Source: Candidatus Latescibacterota bacterium
Lineage (GTDB): Bacteria; Latescibacterota; UBA2968
NCBI GenBank assembly: GCA_965222605.1
Contig: OZ244960.1
Location: 6,048,001 to 6,112,000, forward strand
Reading direction: 5' to 3'
Length of the DNA stretch: 64,000 nucleotides
Shown: positions 60,631 through 64,000 of the stretch, in pieces
Layout: the number at the start of each line of letters is the position of its first letter
Numbering within the stretch: position 1 is the first letter of the stretch
Translations under genes and position numbers: made by a program
The notes under the pieces: model-generated
The model's database searches: none
What the model was told of the DNA's origin: nothing
What the model saw: the letters and a program-made list of their open reading frames with translations, nothing else

Positions 60631-61695
60631 ATGTCTTCTTTAAAAGAACAGTTCTGTGAAGAGGGATACGTCATTGTCAAAGATGTGCTCAATCCCGAGC
60701 AGGACATTTATCCCTTGCAAAAAGCCTATTCTGCGCTCTTAGACGCGCTGGCGCGGATTTATCTGGTTGAAACCAATGCCGAGGCGCTGGACAGATTTGA
60801 TGAGATGTCTTTTTCCGAGCGATTTGCGATGTCGCTCGGTGCCAGTCGGGGAACGGTTTTACACCATCTCGATCCCGTGCTGAATATTTTTGTTCCGACC
60901 TTTCAATGGCGCAAAGACCTACCCGATGCGCGCATTCCCGAAATGTTTGATCTTATGCGCCATCCAAAAGTCCTGGATGTTTTGGAAGTTCTTATCGGGC
61001 CGGAGATCGCCGCGTCGCCGATTTATCATTTCAATCTCAAACTCGCGCCCGATCATCTCAAGCTGGCAGATCAAGTGGCTGAGTCTGTGGGCGCGGATCT
61101 TTCAGAGGAAGGATTTTATACATTTCAGGTGGGCAAAACCGGATGGCATATGGACGCTGTTTCAGGGATAAAAGATTCTCATGAGAGCGAGATTGTCAAT
61201 GCGTGGATTCCGATTACCCATGCGACTGAAGAAAACGGCTGTTTGGTGGTCATTCCCGGGAGTCACAAAGAAGGCGTTAAATATCGTCCCTATCCAGAAG
61301 ATCTCGACACACAGGGGGTTGCACTGCCCGTTGATCCTGGAGATATTGTTTTTTTAGATAATAAAGTAATGCACAGCTCTGTTCCCAACACGAGTCGGGA
61401 AGATTATCGCTGGGCTTATAATTTCCGTTATCTGCCGATTGGGCAACCCCCTGGCCGTCCCTTTATACCGGGTTTTGTTGCGCGCAGCCGCTCGGCTCCA
61501 GAAACAGAATTGCACAATGCGTATTTGTGGAGCGCGATGTGGGTTCGCTGTCTGGATTATCTCACGGAAAGGGGCGCGCCAACATCTTATGAGGGCGTGA
61601 GCAAAATGGGTCTTGAAGAAGCACGGGCGATTACCAGCCATTGGCGCGAACTCGCACCCGATGTAGATGGCTGGTTGCGCCTGGGAAAGGATTGA
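60631..61695 (+). CDS. PhyH family dioxygenase
   Basis: WHMD, NAWIP, ENGCLVVIPGSH, MHSS.PN. Confidence 0.87.
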   Translation: MSSLKEQFCEEGYVIVKDVLNPEQDIYPLQKAYSALLDALARIYLVETNAEALDRFDEMSFSERFAMSLGASRGTVLHHLDPVLNIFVPTFQWRKDLPDARIPEMFDLMRHPKVLDVLEVLIGPEIAASPIYHFNLKLAPDHLKLADQVAESVGADLSEEGFYTFQVGKTGWHMDAVSGIKDSHESEIVNAWIPITHATEENGCLVVIPGSHKEGVKYRPYPEDLDTQGVALPVDPGDIVFLDNKVMHSSVPNTSREDYRWAYNFRYLPIGQPPGRPFIPGFVARSRSAPETELHNAYLWSAMWVRCLDYLTERGAPTSYEGVSKMGLEEARAITSHWRELAPDVDGWLRLGKD

Positions 61696-61696
61696 T

Positions 61697-62656
61697 ATGG
61701 AAAAAGTAAAAATCGGTATTATCGGCCTCGGATCTTTTTGCTCGGCCTATCACATTCCGAATTTGCTCAACAGGTCAGATGTGGAAGTCACGGCGGTTTG
61801 CGATAATACTCAGGAATGTCTGGATAAACGCGATAGGAGATTGCTCGACAGCCAGGAATTTACCGATTACCGCGATATGCTCGACCCCGATTTGATCGAT
61901 GGCGTTTTTGTCAGTACGCCCAATCGGGTGCATTTTGATCCCTGCAAGTTGGCTCTTGAGCGCGGTATTCCGGCGATTGTCGATAAACCGATTACGGTGA
62001 CAGTGGATGATGCCGAAGAACTCGTCGCGTTGAGCAAGTCGCAAAATTGCATTTTGATGACGGCTTTTACGCGCCATTTTATGCCCAGTACCGAGTATGT
62101 GCGCAGGCAAATCGCATCGGGGGCTGTCACGCCACAAATGTTCACGGCTGTCCAGCGGCGCAGTCCCGTAAAGCGCGGTACGGAAGACGGGGGCATGTTG
62201 CATCGGCGCACGATTCACATTACAGATGTTTTGCCGTGGATCACGGGCAGGCGCGTGGTCAGAGTGGAGGGCAAAATTCAATATGAGACCGGGCACATAG
62301 AGGAAACGCTGGTGGATATGCGTCTCGAATTTGAAGGGAGATTGTGCGCCAGTCTGCTCTGTATCAAGGCCTGCGACGAATATCAGGATGAGGTCACTGT
62401 GTATGCGGACACACAGAGTTATCGCCTGGAACGCGACCGCCTCTATACGATTACGCGCAGAGATGGCTGGCAGCGCGTGGAAAATCTGCCCGAGTACGGC
62501 AATTCGAGCGATCATTTTGTCGAGGCGATCAAAGGCAATCGATCCGCCTCCGATGCCCCCTTCGCCGATCCGCACAGCGAAGACGGCCTTCATGCACAGC
62601 GCGTTGTTTTTGCCATGCACAAGGCCGCACAAACAGGGCGTGTGGTGGATGTGTAG
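61697..62656 (+). CDS. Gfo/Idh/MocA oxidoreductase
   Basis: GIIGLG, STPN..H, VDKP, IHITD. Confidence 0.85.
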   Translation: MEKVKIGIIGLGSFCSAYHIPNLLNRSDVEVTAVCDNTQECLDKRDRRLLDSQEFTDYRDMLDPDLIDGVFVSTPNRVHFDPCKLALERGIPAIVDKPITVTVDDAEELVALSKSQNCILMTAFTRHFMPSTEYVRRQIASGAVTPQMFTAVQRRSPVKRGTEDGGMLHRRTIHITDVLPWITGRRVVRVEGKIQYETGHIEETLVDMRLEFEGRLCASLLCIKACDEYQDEVTVYADTQSYRLERDRLYTITRRDGWQRVENLPEYGNSSDHFVEAIKGNRSASDAPFADPHSEDGLHAQRVVFAMHKAAQTGRVVDV

Positions 62657-62725
62657 TGGGGTACAAGAAAGTGGAAGATTGAAAATCGTTTAGAGGAAGT
62701 ACACACCTATAATAGGAAACAGGAA

Positions 62726-64000
62726 ATGCCTTCTCAACCAAATATCGTTTTTATTCATGCCGAGAGCATGGATGGGCGAAAGATGGGATGTATGGGGCAT
62801 CCCGCCCTGCAAAACGCCACGCCCAATATGGATCGCCTCGCCAGCGATGGGGTCCTGTTTACCAATGCGTACACCAATTGCCCGGTGTGCAACCCGTCGC
62901 GTGCGAGTATGTGGAGCGGGAAATACCCCAATTATTACGATTGCTGGAACAACCACGAAGGGTTGCACGAGAATGTGCCCACGTATCAAAATACATTTGA
63001 GAGCGCGGGCTATCAGACCTCTGCTATCGGTCCTATCGATTTTGCTTATGGCAAACACTCCATCCGAGACCGCATTGGTTCGTGGACGCGCGCGGCCAAT
63101 ATTCGCCGCCCCTTGTGTCGCACGCCCTTGCCGCAAGTCGTAGATGATGGCAAGGCCAATGGGCGCGATTGGGACCGCACGTATCAGGCTGTTGATCAAC
63201 TGCATCAATACGCCAGGAGCGACCGGCCTTTCTGGCTCTATCTCACTACGGGATTGGTGCATCCCGCGTTCACTGCTGAGAAACGCCACATGCCGCTGAT
63301 CGATGCGGATAAAGTCGATATTCCGCCAACGTTGATGCCGCTCGAAGCTACGCACAATGAAGCGATTGTGTACCAGCGCGTGACCAAAAATTGCGATAAA
63401 CAGTTCTCTGAGAATCTCGTTCGAGAGATTCGGCACACGTACTTTGCGATGATCGCCGCGCTCGATGAGATGGTCGGTCGGGTGCTTCAGACCGTCGATG
63501 ATCTGGGGTTGCGCGACAATACGTATGTCATTTTTTCAAGCGATCACGGTGAGATGGCCGGCGATCAAAACCAAATACTCAAACGCTCGATGTACGAGGC
63601 ATCCTCTCATGTTCCCCTCATTATCCGCGGTCCCGATGTGCAAAAAGGCGTTGTCGTCGATACACCCGTTTCTCTCGTTGATCTCTATCCCACATTTATG
63701 GATATGGCCCGCATCTGCTATGACGATTATGCGACTAATGCAGCGTATCCCGATGCGCTGGACGGGGAATCCCTATTTCCGCAACTCGTCGAGGGGGCGG
63801 GGCGCGAACGCGATTGGGCCATGTGCGAATACCACGGTGATCGCTGTGCCACAGGCACGTTTATGCTGCGCCAGGGCGATTGGAAATACGTCAAGCACAC
63901 GGGTTTTGACTCTGAACTCTTTAATCTCAAAGACGATCCCGACGAAACGACCGATCTCGTCCATGACAAACCGAATATCGCCTGCGAATTGGATCGGGTG
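62726..64000 (+). CDS. Sulfatase (runs off the window end)
   Basis: MPSQPNIVFIHAES, TPNMDRLA, CNPSRAS, SSDHGE; not in the ORF track because there is no stop in the window. Confidence 0.88.
   Translation, partial: MPSQPNIVFIHAESMDGRKMGCMGHPALQNATPNMDRLASDGVLFTNAYTNCPVCNPSRASMWSGKYPNYYDCWNNHEGLHENVPTYQNTFESAGYQTSAIGPIDFAYGKHSIRDRIGSWTRAANIRRPLCRTPLPQVVDDGKANGRDWDRTYQAVDQLHQYARSDRPFWLYLTTGLVHPAFTAEKRHMPLIDADKVDIPPTLMPLEATHNEAIVYQRVTKNCDKQFSENLVREIRHTYFAMIAALDEMVGRVLQTVDDLGLRDNTYVIFSSDHGEMAGDQNQILKRSMYEASSHVPLIIRGPDVQKGVVVDTPVSLVDLYPTFMDMARICYDDYATNAAYPDALDGESLFPQLVEGAGRERDWAMCEYHGDRCATGTFMLRQGDWKYVKHTGFDSELFNLKDDPDETTDLVHDKPNIACELDRV

Noticed and set aside
1-64000. CRISPR array or cas genes
   Set aside because: No regularly spaced repeats or cas-like ORFs seen; short tandem repeats at ~49100 and ~51250-51480 are coiled-coil coding repeats

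Overview
Bacterial chromosomal window. It is rich in sulfatases (6), PhyH-family dioxygenases, Gfo/Idh/MocA oxidoreductases and enolase-superfamily genes, and has one housekeeping block (radC, DUF62, HAD, HAD-YvcK, comF, pfkA-gap-pgk-tpiA-secG-tRNA-Leu). By inference the gene content resembles marine or sponge-associated uncultured lineages; taxonomy cannot be fixed from this window. The main finding is a ~12 kb minus-strand gene cluster (41.1-53.3 kb) containing a diversity-generating retroelement (DGR). Its truncated avd, reverse transcriptase and template repeat (TR) lie between two Ser/Thr kinase-TM-FGE/C-type-lectin-fold genes, whose 3' ends differ from the TR almost only at adenines (8/8 and 13/14 mismatches over 45 nt). 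The same cluster encodes a PP2C phosphatase, FHA proteins, a membrane protease-FHA / pseudoprotease-FHA pair and a MotA/ExbB-like protein, suggesting a hypervariable receptor-kinase signalling system that is now decaying. Other accessory features are a 6.8 kb transposase-less insertion splitting a GH32 gene, with a nested IS5 and two MITEs; an NYN RNase gene behind a four-hairpin leader; a tRNA-Leu mini-island with a 281 bp duplication, higBA and an integron-cassette-like relic; an IS982; and many gene stubs left by internal deletions. All calls were made by eye from motifs; no database searches were run.
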